Origin: an uncultured delta proteobacterium
GTDB lineage: Bacteria > Desulfobacterota > Binatia > Binatales > Binataceae
Length of the DNA stretch: 64,000 nt
NCBI GenBank assembly: GCA_963711565.1
Contig: CAVQEQ010000004.1
Coordinates: forward strand, 1,056,001-1,120,000
Reading direction: 5' to 3'
Shown here: positions 18,226 to 27,414 of the stretch, piece by piece
Layout of the letters: every line of letters begins with the position of its first letter
Numbering within the stretch: the first letter of the stretch is position 1
The notes under the pieces: model-generated
Told to the model about the DNA's origin: nothing
The model's input: the letters and a program-made list of their open reading frames with translations, nothing else
Database searches by the model: none
Translations under genes and position numbers: made by a program

Positions 18226-18954
18226 TCACCCATGCGCCGCCGCCTCGCTCGTAACTCCTCTCATCCCCGGCTCAACTCCCGCCAGCACTCCCTTATCCAG
18301 CCGATAAACCGTATCCACATACCGCTCCGCGCGCGGGTCATGCGTCACCATCACGATCGTCTTCTGAAACTGCCGATTCATATCGACCAGCAGCCCCAGA
18401 ATCTCCTCCGCCGACTTCGCATCGAGATCTCCGGTCGGCTCGTCGGCCACGATAATCGTCGGGTCCGCCACGATCGCGCGCGCAATCGCCACGCGCTGCT
18501 CCTGACCGCCCGACAATTGCCGCGGATAATGGTCCATTCTGTCCGCCAGGCCCACCACCTTGAGCGCCGTCTCGACATGCTCGCGCCGCTCGGCCTTGTT
18601 CAGACTCGTCAGCAGCAGCGGCAACTCGACGTTCTCGAACGCCGTCAGCACCGGGATCAGATTGTAGAACTGGAACACCAGCCCGATATGCCGCGCGCGC
18701 CAGCCCGCCAGGTCGCGCTCCTTCATCCCGGTTATTTCCTCGCCGCCGACCGCGACCCGTCCCGTGCTCGCGTGATCGATTCCCGCAACCAGGTTGAGCA
18801 TCGTGGTCTTGCCGGACCCCGATGGCCCCATGATCGCGACGAAGCGTCCGGCCGGAATCTGCACCGTCACGTCGTCGAGCGCGCGCACCTCGAATTCGTC
18901 GCGCTTGTAGATTCGGGTCACATGTTCGAGATCGATCGCAAACTTTTGGTCCAT
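18226..18954 (-). CDS. ABC transporter ATP-binding protein (LolD/MacB type)
   Basis: [30 protein letters not shown]. Confidence 0.95.
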   Translation of the reverse strand: MDQKFAIDLEHVTRIYKRDEFEVRALDDVTVQIPAGRFVAIMGPSGSGKTTMLNLVAGIDHASTGRVAVGGEEITGMKERDLAGWRARHIGLVFQFYNLIPVLTAFENVELPLLLTSLNKAERREHVETALKVVGLADRMDHYPRQLSGGQEQRVAIARAIVADPTIIVADEPTGDLDAKSAEEILGLLVDMNRQFQKTIVMVTHDPRAERYVDTVYRLDKGVLAGVEPGMRGVTSEAAAHG

Positions 18955-19031
18955 GGTGTCCTTCCCTTTGTGAAATTGTTGCAGTTAACCCTGATCTTTG
19001 ACTCAAATCTGTATATTGCCGCCGCCGCCAG

Positions 19032-19613
19032 TCAACGCAGCCCGGATGCTGCCGTGCGCGCGACTTTTACCCGCGATGTACCGCGCCGCTTAAGCTGTAT
19101 TTCACGCTTCAACTGCGCGCAAAGCCGCGCCAGCGCCCGCGCCTTGGCATCGACGATCTCGCGCCCAAGCTCCAACACCATTCTCCGCACCGGACTCGCA
19201 CCCGCGCGGCGCATCTCGGCCACCATCTCTGCCAGTATCGCCGTGCGCGCCACATCGTCGCGCCGCGACCGCTCCAGATGCTCGAGCGCGATCTCGGGCT
19301 CGCGGTCCGCAAAATAAACCTTCACCTGCGACTCGTCGAATACGAACAGCGGCTGCGCCGGCTCGCGCAGCATCCGCATAAAATGCGCCCGGCCGCGCGG
19401 CGTGATCGCATAAACCTTGCGCGCGCGCCGCCCATGCCGTTCCGTCCGCAGCTTGACGTGTCCGTCGTGCGCCAGCTTCTTCAACGCGGGATAAATCGAT
19501 CCGTCGCTGACCCGGTAAAAGAACCCGACCGGGTCCTGGAACCGCTGCTTCAGGTCGTAACCAGTCGCCTCCGCCTCCATCAAAAACCCGAGGATCGGAA
19601 ACTTCACATCCAT
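19032..19613 (-). CDS. PadR family transcriptional regulator
   Basis: ILGFL..TGYDLK..GSIYPALKKL..RKVYAITPRGR. Confidence 0.9.
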   Translation of the reverse strand: MDVKFPILGFLMEAEATGYDLKQRFQDPVGFFYRVSDGSIYPALKKLAHDGHVKLRTERHGRRARKVYAITPRGRAHFMRMLREPAQPLFVFDESQVKVYFADREPEIALEHLERSRRDDVARTAILAEMVAEMRRAGASPVRRMVLELGREIVDAKARALARLCAQLKREIQLKRRGTSRVKVARTAASGLR

Positions 19614-19676
19614 CCGCGGCGGCGTCTTCTCGAATTCCAGGACCGACCTGGCCGGAAACAACTGCGCGCCGCCACG

Positions 19677-19694
19677 ATATCCGTTCAGCGATAT
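19677..19694. promoter_or_regulatory. Putative PadR-type operator ATATC-n8-GATAT
   Basis: Inverted repeat with 8-bp spacer about 65 bp upstream of the PadR/ABC operon. Confidence 0.4.
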
Positions 19695-19754
19695 AAACGA
19701 CACCTCACGCATACCCATCGAGCCAATAGCTCGACTTGAGCTATGAGTCAACAA

Positions 19755-20276
19755 TCAGGGTGCAGCAGTATGACTGCGGATCGCTCGGCCAAGATTGCTC
19801 GACCCCGCCAGCGGCGCGACCCGCGCCCCGATAGCCGCCAACTCCCGCATCCGCGCCGGCTCGGGCTCCGTCCCAAACACCACATCCCAGAGCCGCGTCG
19901 TCACCCCGAAAATCGCGTCCGGCTCTGCCACATGATGCGCCAGATGCCGCGCGCGCAGCCGCGCCTCAACCTCGAACAACCGCGTCGCGAAATGAATCCG
20001 GTAATGTACGTACTCATACACCGCGAACCCCGCGACGATCCCGCCATAAAAGACCACGCCAGGCGCCAAACCAAACCACGCAAGCGCGCTGGCTAGCACC
20101 AGCGCAGTAGGAATCCACGCACCCAACGCAAAAACCGCGCGAGGATCGCGATGGTGCACGTCATGCAGCGGCGTCACGAACGTCCGATGCGCATGCCCGA
20201 GGACGCCATGAATGACGTATTCGACCAACGTCCACGCGAACAGCCCCGCCGCGAAAATCAGCAAATCGAGCAGCAT
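19755..20276 (-). CDS. Fatty acid hydroxylase / sterol desaturase family protein
   Basis: His boxes EYVIHGVLGH, HDVHH, YEYVHYRIH, HLAHH; FGVTTRLWDVVFGT. Confidence 0.88.
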   Translation of the reverse strand: MLLDLLIFAAGLFAWTLVEYVIHGVLGHAHRTFVTPLHDVHHRDPRAVFALGAWIPTALVLASALAWFGLAPGVVFYGGIVAGFAVYEYVHYRIHFATRLFEVEARLRARHLAHHVAEPDAIFGVTTRLWDVVFGTEPEPARMRELAAIGARVAPLAGSSNLGRAIRSHTAAP

Positions 20277-20350
20277 CTGGCCTGATCGTAATTCCGTTTC
20301 GTACCGGTAATCAACGCAGCGCTCGGCTTGCAGGCCCCGTCTTTCGGGCC

Positions 20351-20379
20351 TTGACACCCTATTCAAGGATTGGAATACT
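20351..20379 (+). promoter_or_regulatory. Sigma70-like promoter (TTGACA-17-AATACT) overlapped by a TATTC-n8-GAATA palindrome (candidate PadR operator)
   Basis: TTGACA at 20351 and inverted repeat 20360-20377, upstream of the carotenoid oxygenase-PadR pair. Confidence 0.55.
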
Positions 20380-20409
20380 CCAATCTTGTAGCGGGAGGAA
20401 TAAAGCGAA

Positions 20410-21777
20410 ATGAACGATTCTGCCAATCCATACCTGACCGGCAACTACGCACCGTGGCGCGAAGAGGGCGACGCCTTCGATCTCGAGATCGAAGGCGAGC
20501 TGCCGCGCGAGCTCAACGGCGCGCTCTATCGAATCGGGCCGAACCCGCACTTCAAACCGCTCGGCCGCTACCATTGGTTCGACGGCGACGGGATGGTCCA
20601 TGCGTTCATCCTGCGCGACGGCCGCGCCGCCTATCGCAATCGCTACGTCCGCACCGACGGCCTCAAGGCCGAGATGAAGAATGGGCGCGCGCTCTTCGGC
20701 GGATTGCTCGGCACCCCGCGCGAGATGCCGCCGGATATGCCGCCCTTCAAGAACGCCGCCAACACCAACATCATCGGCTACGCCAGTCGCCTGCTCGCGC
20801 TGTTCGAGGCCGCGTCGCCGCACGAGCTCAAGCCGCTCACGCTCGAGACCGTCGGCCTGTTCGATTTCGGCGGCAAGCTCACCGGCCCCGTCACGGCGCA
20901 TCCGAAGTTCGATCCCGTCACCGGCGACTTGCTGTTCTTCGGCTACCAGCCTTTTCCGCCGTACGTGACGTGGTATCGCGCCAGCAGCGACGGCAAGCTG
21001 CTCGAGTCGCGCCCGATCGACACCGGCCTGCCCGTGATGATGCACGACTTCATCGCGACCGACGACTACGCGATCTTTTTCGTGTGCCCCTCTGTGTTCC
21101 ATCTCGAGAACGCGGCCGCGGGCAAACCGATGCTCAACTGGGAGCCGCAACACGGCACGAAGATCGGCGTGATGAACCGCAAGACCGGCGACGTGAAATG
21201 GTTCCAGGACGAAGCGTTCTACGTCTTCCACTTCCTCAATGCCTACGCGGAGAACGGCTCGATCGTTGTTGACGGCTGCCGGATGCGCTCGCTCGACATG
21301 ACCGGCAATTCCTTCGGCGGCAATCCGCCGCTGACCTGGCGATGGAATCTGAATCTGAAAGAGGGCTCGATGAGCCAGCGGCAGATCGATGACGTCTCGA
21401 ACGAGTTCCCGCGCTTCGACGAGCGCCTTGCCGGCCGCAAGCATCGCTACGGTTACTTTGCCGGCGGCAATCCCGGCTCGCCCGAGAAGGACACGAACTT
21501 CAAGGCTCTACTCAAGCGCGACTACCAGACCGACAAGGTCGAGGTTCACGACCTCGGCAAAAACTTTGCGCCCGGAGAGCCGGTGTTCGTGCCGCGCAAT
21601 GCGAGCTCGGCCGAAGACGACGGCTGGATTCTCGCGGTCTGGTACGACGCGGCGCTCAATCGCAGCGAGATGGTTGTGCTCGACGCGGATAACTTCGCGG
21701 GCGCTCCCGTCGCGCGGATCAAATTGCAGCATCGCGTGCCGTGGGGCTTTCATGGCAACTGGGTGTCCGCGCAATGA
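20410..21777 (+). CDS. Carotenoid cleavage / lignostilbene dioxygenase family protein
   Basis: HWFDGDGMVH; four Fe-binding His (TAHPK, MMHDF, VFHFLNA, GFHGNW); EFPR; EDDGW. Confidence 0.95.
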   Translation: MNDSANPYLTGNYAPWREEGDAFDLEIEGELPRELNGALYRIGPNPHFKPLGRYHWFDGDGMVHAFILRDGRAAYRNRYVRTDGLKAEMKNGRALFGGLLGTPREMPPDMPPFKNAANTNIIGYASRLLALFEAASPHELKPLTLETVGLFDFGGKLTGPVTAHPKFDPVTGDLLFFGYQPFPPYVTWYRASSDGKLLESRPIDTGLPVMMHDFIATDDYAIFFVCPSVFHLENAAAGKPMLNWEPQHGTKIGVMNRKTGDVKWFQDEAFYVFHFLNAYAENGSIVVDGCRMRSLDMTGNSFGGNPPLTWRWNLNLKEGSMSQRQIDDVSNEFPRFDERLAGRKHRYGYFAGGNPGSPEKDTNFKALLKRDYQTDKVEVHDLGKNFAPGEPVFVPRNASSAEDDGWILAVWYDAALNRSEMVVLDADNFAGAPVARIKLQHRVPWGFHGNWVSAQ

Positions 21778-22529
21778 AGAAGGCGGTGCGTTCGACCGCG
21801 GTACCGATTCGCAAACGCGCACGCGATGTTCCGCGTGAAGCTCCGAACGATGGGCTCGGCTACCTGCGGTTTCCCACCAGGAAGGCGTCGCTCGATCTCG
21901 CACTGCTCGGATTGATCGCGGAAGTCCCTGGCGTGTCCGGCTACGACATCATGAAGATCTTCGATCTGTCGATGGCGCATTACTGGCACGCGCAGCCGAC
22001 GCAGATCTACCCGACGCTCGATCGGATGGAGGAGTTCGGGCTGATCAAGAGCCGCAACGTCGTGCAGCGCAATCGGCCCAACAAGCGCCTCTACACGATC
22101 ACGCCGGCGGGCGAGCGAGTGCTGATCGAATGGCTAGAGAGTCCGTTCGAGGGAATCAACCTGAAGCATCCGCCGCTGCTGCGATGCCGCTTCCTGGGAC
22201 ATCTCGGCGCCGACGGCGCGATCGCGGTTCTCAAGGAAGAGCGGCGGTCGTGGGCGATTCATCTGAAGCGCTACCGCGAGCTGGAAAAGAACTACTTCGC
22301 CGACGGCAAGGGCTATCGCAACGTCAACGCGATGTTCTCGATGTTCACGCTCAGGCGCGGCATCGACTGGATGGAAGAGAACATCCGATGGTGCGATTGG
22401 ACGATGAGCGAGATCGACCGTAATCGCGCACTGTTCCCGGCCGAGAGCACGAAGGCCGCGTTGAAACCACTCATCCCATTCGATCCAATCCGCCACGGCC
22501 AGACCGCGCGAAGAAAAGCCGCCATCTAA
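21774..22529 (+). CDS. PadR family transcriptional regulator (with C-terminal helical domain)
   Basis: LLGLI..SGYDI..QIYPTLDRM..RPNKRLYTITPAG; the ATG overlaps the oxygenase stop. Confidence 0.88.
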   Translation: MKKAVRSTAVPIRKRARDVPREAPNDGLGYLRFPTRKASLDLALLGLIAEVPGVSGYDIMKIFDLSMAHYWHAQPTQIYPTLDRMEEFGLIKSRNVVQRNRPNKRLYTITPAGERVLIEWLESPFEGINLKHPPLLRCRFLGHLGADGAIAVLKEERRSWAIHLKRYRELEKNYFADGKGYRNVNAMFSMFTLRRGIDWMEENIRWCDWTMSEIDRNRALFPAESTKAALKPLIPFDPIRHGQTARRKAAI

Positions 22530-22530
22530 T

Positions 22531-22592
22531 CTAAGGTGAAACCCACCGTGGGTTTCACGCTTCCCTGGGCACGGGTAACCCCTGCACCTTAG
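22531..22592 (-). repeat. Repeat family C, copy 5 (inverted orientation)
   Basis: Reverse complement reads CTAAGGTGCAGGGGTTACCCGTGCCCAGGGAAGCGTGAAACCCACGGTGGGTTTCACCTTAG. Confidence 0.9.
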
Positions 22593-22593
22593 C

Positions 22594-22620
22594 GTAACCT
22601 TTTCGGGGCATTGCGGTTTC
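22594..22620 (+). promoter_or_regulatory. Putative ECF-type autoregulatory promoter (GTAACC-n16-GTTT)
   Basis: AAC-containing -35 element followed by a T-tract, directly upstream of the ECF sigma gene. Confidence 0.4.
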
Positions 22621-22637
22621 TGTAGATAGAGGCTGAT

Positions 22638-23294
22638 GTGTCCCCGCGAGCTGTATCCTTATATGCGCGCTCTGCTGCGCGCGCGATCGGTCATCCCAAT
22701 ACGCGGGAGGGTGGGTTGAAGGCGCGGGTGGCGGCGAAAGTCGATGCCGACTACTCGGCTGAGCGCGCGCTGATTGAGGCGGCGCAGCGGGAGCGGGGGC
22801 GGTTTGCCGATTTGTATGAGGCCAACTTTGAGCGGGTTTATGCGTATGTCGTGCGGCGGGTGAGGGATCGGGACGAGGCGCAGGACGTTACCGCCGATGT
22901 TTTTCATCTGGCCCTGAAAAGTTTGCCGCGGTTTGAATGGCGCGGGGTGCCTTTCGCGGCCTGGCTTTTCAGGATCGCTGCCAACGAAATAGCTGATCGA
23001 TCAAAGAGCATCGCCAAGCGCCGGGCGCATGAGCGCGAGGCACTATTCGAGACGCCGGACGAACACGGCGGAGTCGCGGCGGGGTTTGAAGAGGCGGAGC
23101 GGCGGGGGCGATTGTTCAAGCTCGTCGAGCGGCTGCCGCGCGATCAGTCGCGCGTGATCGTGATGCGATTTGCCGAGCAGAAGTCGATTCGCGAAATCGC
23201 GACTGCGCTCGGGCGATCCGAGGGCAGTATCAAGCAGCTTCAATTCCGCGCCATGCAGAATTTGCGGGTGCGGTTGGGTGATTCGAATGGCTAA
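22638..23294 (+). CDS. ECF RNA polymerase sigma-70 factor (start uncertain)
   Basis: Region 2 (EAQDVTADVF..FAAWLFRIAAN) and region 4 (LPRDQSRVIVMRF..SIREIA..SEGSIKQLQFRA). Confidence 0.92.
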   Translation: MSPRAVSLYARSAARAIGHPNTREGGLKARVAAKVDADYSAERALIEAAQRERGRFADLYEANFERVYAYVVRRVRDRDEAQDVTADVFHLALKSLPRFEWRGVPFAAWLFRIAANEIADRSKSIAKRRAHEREALFETPDEHGGVAAGFEEAERRGRLFKLVERLPRDQSRVIVMRFAEQKSIREIATALGRSEGSIKQLQFRAMQNLRVRLGDSNG

Positions 23295-24810
23295 GGGGAA
23301 ACTGATCGAACAACTGGACCATGCGGTGGAGGCGATCATGGCGAAGCCAGATGCGTCGCTGCCCACGGCCGATCCGCGGCTGGCGGGGATTTTGCGGATC
23401 GCGGGCGAGTTGCGGGATTTGCCGCGCGCCGATTTCAGGGATCGTCTCAAGGCGGACCTTGCCGCCCAATCGAAGGAGCTTGAACCGTCGGCGCCCGGCG
23501 GCAAGCCGCTGTTCACTCATGAGGAGATAGAAGCGCGGCTGAAGGAATTGGCCGCCCAGCCGAAATTTATCGTGCATGACGTGCGCGCCGCGCTGAGCGA
23601 TTTGCCCCAGATGTCGATGCGCTTCCTCGATTCGATGAACAATCATCTGCTGATCGCGTCGCGCGGCGACAAGCGCACGCATTGGGAGCGCCATTTCGGG
23701 TCCGACGAGATGATCTACGTGATGGACGGTGAGACCGACGTCGTCACGTTGACCGACGGCGGGCCGGTCGAATCGACGATTCATGCTGGGTCGTTGTTCG
23801 TGTGTCCCGAGGGATTGTGGCATCGCCTGACGCCGCGGCCGTTCGTGTCCGCATTCTACCTGACGCCGGGCAACACGGCGGGCTCGGCCGCCAAGGATCC
23901 GCGACCGAAGAATGAGCGCGTCGCGAGAAGGCAGGTACGCAGGGGAACTGCCGCGAGGCTTAAGGAGCATGACCTGCGCGCGGCGCTCCGCGAGGTGCCG
24001 CATCTGAATATCACGGCGGACACGACCGCCCAGGAAGCCAATGCGGCAGTGCGCAACGTCGCGAAGATCGGAAATCTGACGCTGGGCGTGATGAGCTATA
24101 CCGGCTTGACGCCGTGGGAGCGGCATCCCGACGGCGACGAGCTGTTGCTGGCGCTTGATGGCGAGCTCGAAGTGACGGTGCTGACGGACGAGGGCCCGGT
24201 GACGCGGAAACTACGCGCGGGCGAGGCGTTCGTGTGTCCGCAAGGCTTGTGGCATCGGCAACTCGCGGCAAAATCGGTGTCGATGCTCTACGGGACGCCA
24301 ACCGACACGACCGAGATTTCGATGGCGGACGATCCTCGCGTCGAGAAAAAGGAAGCCGGCGCGGCGGCACCGGGAGTTGCACGGAGCATCATGCCGTTCC
24401 TGAATATTGAGGGCGTGGCCAGCGCGGTGGAATTCTACAAGAGCGTGTTTGGCGCGTCGGTACTGATGCGCGATGAGGAGCCGAGCGGGATCGTGAGCCA
24501 TGCGATGCTCAAGCTGGGCGACACGACGGTCATGCTGTCGGATCCGACGTCGGCGGACGTGAAGCAGAACGACGTGCATCACCTGTCGCGCTCGCCGCGA
24601 TCGTACGGCGGCTCGCCGGTGCAACTGTATATTTATGTCGCCGACACCGACGACGTTGTCCGGCGCGCGGTTGCGGCCGGCGCGAAGATTATTGACCCGG
24701 TGGAAGATCGGGACTGGGGCGACCGCTGCGGCGGGATCGAGGACCCATACGGTCACGTGTGGTTTGTTGGGACGCCGCTGAAGGACGTGCCGCCGAAGGA
24801 TTCGAATTAG
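23287..24810 (+). CDS. Fusion protein: putative anti-sigma N-terminus + two cupin domains + VOC (PhnB-like) domain
   Basis: Two WERH..DE..G..PxGLWH cupin repeats; C-terminal AVEFYKSVFGA..WGDRCGGIEDPYGHVW; start overlaps the sigma stop. Confidence 0.8.
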   Translation: MAKGKLIEQLDHAVEAIMAKPDASLPTADPRLAGILRIAGELRDLPRADFRDRLKADLAAQSKELEPSAPGGKPLFTHEEIEARLKELAAQPKFIVHDVRAALSDLPQMSMRFLDSMNNHLLIASRGDKRTHWERHFGSDEMIYVMDGETDVVTLTDGGPVESTIHAGSLFVCPEGLWHRLTPRPFVSAFYLTPGNTAGSAAKDPRPKNERVARRQVRRGTAARLKEHDLRAALREVPHLNITADTTAQEANAAVRNVAKIGNLTLGVMSYTGLTPWERHPDGDELLLALDGELEVTVLTDEGPVTRKLRAGEAFVCPQGLWHRQLAAKSVSMLYGTPTDTTEISMADDPRVEKKEAGAAAPGVARSIMPFLNIEGVASAVEFYKSVFGASVLMRDEEPSGIVSHAMLKLGDTTVMLSDPTSADVKQNDVHHLSRSPRSYGGSPVQLYIYVADTDDVVRRAVAAGAKIIDPVEDRDWGDRCGGIEDPYGHVWFVGTPLKDVPPKDSN

Positions 24811-24829
24811 GGGAAAAAGGAGAACAGCG

Positions 24830-25315
24830 ATGGCGAAAAAAGTGAAAATGATGCCCGACGGTTGGCATAACGTGACACCGTTCCTGAGCGTCAACGATGC
24901 GGCGCGCGCGGTCGAGTTCTATCGCAAGGCCTTCGGCGCGACCGAGTTGGAGCGCATGGCTGAACCGGACGGGAAGGTAAATCACGCGGTGCTGAAAATC
25001 GGCGACTCGATCGTAAGACTCTCGGACGACAGCTCCAAACACGCAGCGGAGTGGGTGGCGAAGGGCTGGTCGCGCAGTCCAAAATCGCTGGGCGGCACGC
25101 CGGTACACTTTTATGTTTACGTCGAGGACTCGGACGCGGTATTTAAACGTGCAATCGCCGCAGGCGCAAAAGTTATGGAGCCGGTGGTGGACAAGGAGTG
25201 GGGCGACAGGGTTGGGTCACTCACAGATCCTTTCGGACACATCTGGCTGGTCGCGACTCACAAAAGGGACGTGTCGTTTAAGGATGTCGTGAAGCTTCGC
25301 GCGGCCAGATCGTGA
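24830..25315 (+). CDS. VOC family protein (PhnB-like)
   Basis: VTPFLSV..AVEFYRKAFGA..WGDRVGSLTDPFGHIW. Confidence 0.92.
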   Translation: MAKKVKMMPDGWHNVTPFLSVNDAARAVEFYRKAFGATELERMAEPDGKVNHAVLKIGDSIVRLSDDSSKHAAEWVAKGWSRSPKSLGGTPVHFYVYVEDSDAVFKRAIAAGAKVMEPVVDKEWGDRVGSLTDPFGHIWLVATHKRDVSFKDVVKLRAARS

Positions 25316-25357
25316 AGCAGATCGTGGACGTGGACTGAGAGGAGCGGCGAACGCAAA

Positions 25358-26926
25358 ATGAAAATCTCCCGCATCATCGCAATCGGTCTAGCGGTCCTGT
25401 TCATCCTTTTGATCGCGCGCCTGAACCATGAGGAAAACGGCGGGCCGCCGCATGCGTTCGTGATGCTGCCCGGACAGGAGCCGGCGACCCTTTATCTGCC
25501 GGGGCCGGGGCATCCGTTCTATACGCTGTTTCCCAAACCGGTAGCGGAGCGGCCGCCGGCGGTCGTGCTGATTCACGGCTTCACCGGCGATCGCGTGTTG
25601 ATGAGCGGGCTCGCGCGGCGGCTGGCGGAGAATGGGTACGCGGTGCTGGCGATCGACGTTCACGGACACGGCGAGAATCGCAATCCGTTCAACAGCGGCG
25701 AAGCCCAGAACGACAGCCTGCGCGGGGACGTTAAGAATGCGGTCGATTTTCTTCGCGGCAGCCAATTCGTGGACGGATCGCGAATCGTCGTGATGGGGCA
25801 TTCGATGGGCGCGGGCGCGGCGCTCGACTACGCGACGAACGATCCAAGTGTCAAAGGCGCGGTGATGATTTCCGGCGGCTGGACGATGGGTCCCGAGCGT
25901 CCGAAGAACGCGCTGTTCATTTTCGCCCAGAATGACCCGGTCGAGGGAATCCAGGACACATCCACAGCAATCGCGGCGCATCTGGCGGGCGTCGAGCAGA
26001 TCGAACTTGGCAAGACCTACGGCGATTTCACGCAGAGCACCGCGGTCGAGGCGATCCGAATGCCGGGGCTCAATCACATAACGATCGTCAGCTCGCCGGC
26101 AGCCGCGACGGTCATCGTAAAATGGCTCGACAGTACATTTGGAACCGCGAGAACGGGCGCGATCGAAGTTAAAGACGCGCGTCGTGGATCGGCGAGATTC
26201 GCGCTGCTGGTGTTTGTGATCCTGCTGATTCCGATCGGCCGGTTTTGCGGCTCGATAGCGCCGGGCTGGGCGCAGGCGCGGCCGGGACCGAGCGGTTGGG
26301 CAGGACTGCTGATACTCGGTGGCGCACTGCTCGCGGCGATGCCACTGGCGGCGGCGAACCCGGCGTCGTTCGTGCAGATCATCGTGGGCGACATTCAGAT
26401 CTCATGGTTTGCGATCGCCGGGCTGATCATGCTCGGTGTGATCGCGCTGTGGCACCTGGCTGTCTGGGAGCATATCCGCGACGGCGCGGGCGCTGCGGTG
26501 CTGGCCGGCGCGGCGGGATTCACGGTCGCGTATGTGTGCCAGGTCGCGATGTCCCCGATGCTGCATCACCTGTCGTTGTCGCCCGAGCGGCTGATGGTGC
26601 TGGCGATGGCCACGGTGCTGATGTTCCCGTTCTGGATCAGTTTCGAGCTGCTGGTGCGGCGCGGCGGTCTCGCGATTTCGACGATGTGGGCGGTGCTCGG
26701 GCGTCTGCTGATCCTCATTCTGATGGCGGTGGGTGTCAGCCTGAACGTGTTGCCGGGCGTACTGATGCTAGTCCTGCCGATCATAGGAGTGGGCTTCGTG
26801 CTGATCGAAATCCTCTCGGCGTCGGCATACAGCGCGTCGCGCAATCTGCTGCTGATCGCAGTCGCCGAAACGATCTGGTTCGCGTGGATGATCGCGGCTG
26901 CAAGCCCGATCACTTTTATGTTCTAG
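25358..26926 (+). CDS. Alpha/beta hydrolase with C-terminal multi-TM domain
   Basis: VLIHGF, GHSMG, NH; about 8 hydrophobic helices after residue ~275. Confidence 0.82.
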   Translation: MKISRIIAIGLAVLFILLIARLNHEENGGPPHAFVMLPGQEPATLYLPGPGHPFYTLFPKPVAERPPAVVLIHGFTGDRVLMSGLARRLAENGYAVLAIDVHGHGENRNPFNSGEAQNDSLRGDVKNAVDFLRGSQFVDGSRIVVMGHSMGAGAALDYATNDPSVKGAVMISGGWTMGPERPKNALFIFAQNDPVEGIQDTSTAIAAHLAGVEQIELGKTYGDFTQSTAVEAIRMPGLNHITIVSSPAAATVIVKWLDSTFGTARTGAIEVKDARRGSARFALLVFVILLIPIGRFCGSIAPGWAQARPGPSGWAGLLILGGALLAAMPLAAANPASFVQIIVGDIQISWFAIAGLIMLGVIALWHLAVWEHIRDGAGAAVLAGAAGFTVAYVCQVAMSPMLHHLSLSPERLMVLAMATVLMFPFWISFELLVRRGGLAISTMWAVLGRLLILILMAVGVSLNVLPGVLMLVLPIIGVGFVLIEILSASAYSASRNLLLIAVAETIWFAWMIAAASPITFMF

Positions 26927-26936
26927 GAGACAGCTT

Positions 26937-27413
26937 ATGGCGGACAAATTGGATCCGATTCCGGTCGGGCCGCGCGCGATCACCGCATACCTGACAATCA
27001 AGGGCGCGGCGCAGGGAATTGAATTTTACAAGAAAGCATTCGGCGCGAAGGAGTTGATGCGCTGGACCGGGCCGGACGGAAGAGTGGGGCATGCCGAAGT
27101 CGAAATCAGCGGTACCCCGGTGTTCCTCAGCGACGAGCATCCCGAGATGGGCGTGGTCAGTCCGCAGACGCTGGGCGGGACCTGCGTCGGACTCCATCTG
27201 CTGGTCGAGGATGCGGACGCGACCTTCAAGCGGGCAATTGCGGCGGGCGGAAGGGCGATCAAGCCGATGGAAGACGAGCCGTGGGGTCAGAAGTCGGGAA
27301 CGCTGCAGGACCCGTTCGGGCATCGATGGTTCGTCACGCAGCGCACGGCGGAACTGTCGGTGGACGAGATGAACAAGATCGGCAAAGCCGCCGGCTACAA
27401 GACGCTCAGCTGA
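26937..27413 (+). CDS. VOC family protein (PhnB-like)
   Basis: IEFYKKAFGA..WGQKSGTLQDPFGHRW. Confidence 0.92.
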   Translation: MADKLDPIPVGPRAITAYLTIKGAAQGIEFYKKAFGAKELMRWTGPDGRVGHAEVEISGTPVFLSDEHPEMGVVSPQTLGGTCVGLHLLVEDADATFKRAIAAGGRAIKPMEDEPWGQKSGTLQDPFGHRWFVTQRTAELSVDEMNKIGKAAGYKTLS

Positions 27414-27414
27414 A

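Noticed and set aside
20280-22640. oriC at the gene-orientation and skew switch
   Set aside because: No dnaA/dnaN/gidA, no DnaA-box cluster and no AT-rich unwinding element seen; kept only as an alternative explanation of the skew.
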